This document shows positions 63,846 to 64,000 of a DNA stretch of 64,000 bases, piece by piece. The position numbers and the translations under genes are program-made. Below the pieces are notes generated by a model, which did no database searches, had not been told where the DNA came from, and was given only the letters and a program-made list of their open reading frames with translations. The stretch's first letter is position 1, and each line of letters begins with the position of its first letter. Source of the DNA: an uncultured Aquabacterium sp. (GTDB taxonomy: Bacteria > Pseudomonadota > Gammaproteobacteria > Burkholderiales > Burkholderiaceae_C). The DNA is taken from contig CAUPJV010000001.1 of assembly GCA_963511655.1 (NCBI GenBank), positions 132,987-196,986 on the forward strand, in the 5' to 3' direction.

Positions 63846-64000
63846 ATGGACGCTTCCACGCCCGACCCCAAGCCCGAGGCCCAGGCGGCCTTGTTCAACG
63901 AACTCGCTCGCGTCTACCTGGATCAGCAACGGCGCGATGCCCGCTGGCGTCGCCTGTGGCGCCTGTTGTGGCTGGGTGTGGCCATCAGCGTGGTCTGGGC
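63846..64000 (+). CDS. Probable S49-family peptidase (SppA), N-terminal fragment truncated by window edge
   Basis: MDASTPDPKPEAQAALFNELARVYLDQQRRDARWRRLWRLLWLGVAISVVW resembles the QRR..RW plus TM start of burkholderial S49 peptidases, and the position after HAD-Rieske fits. Confidence 0.6.
   Translation, partial: MDASTPDPKPEAQAALFNELARVYLDQQRRDARWRRLWRLLWLGVAISVVW

Overview
High-GC betaproteobacterial chromosome segment; the gene set and order suggest Burkholderiales, which is an inference. The left 16.4 kb is an accessory biosynthetic operon on the minus strand that runs off the left edge. It holds one 4982-aa hybrid NRPS/PKS with architecture A(Pro)-T-KS-AT(malonyl)-ACP-class III aminotransferase-C-A(Gly)-T-C-T-C-A(Gly)-T and no thioesterase or reductase. 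Two alpha/beta-hydrolase-fold genes follow it, one with Arg and one with Cys at the nucleophile position; the second is not in the ORF track. This TE-less, proline-primed, aminotransferase-containing assembly line with its hydrolase pair is the best candidate for an undescribed system. The remainder is mostly housekeeping: dusA-guaD-add, ybbP, MCP/OMP/cheW, ychF, UbiH-family oxygenase-dsbC, M61 peptidase-DUF3108, maf-yceD-rpmF-plsX-fabHDG-acpP-fabF, rpoE-rseA-(no rseB)-Do protease, lepAB-rnc-era-recO-pdxJ-acpS-nagZ, an acyl-CoA ligase, an orphan ATP-grasp ligase, rne, rluC, HAD, Rieske and a partial S49 peptidase. Non-coding signals include a cluster of DnaA-box-like motifs before lepA, a palindromic operator over a sigma70 -35 box before the acyl-CoA ligase, and a sigmaE-type promoter before rseA. 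No rRNA, tRNA, CRISPR array, integrase or transposase was recognised. Domain boundaries are approximate and were read by eye; no database searches were run.
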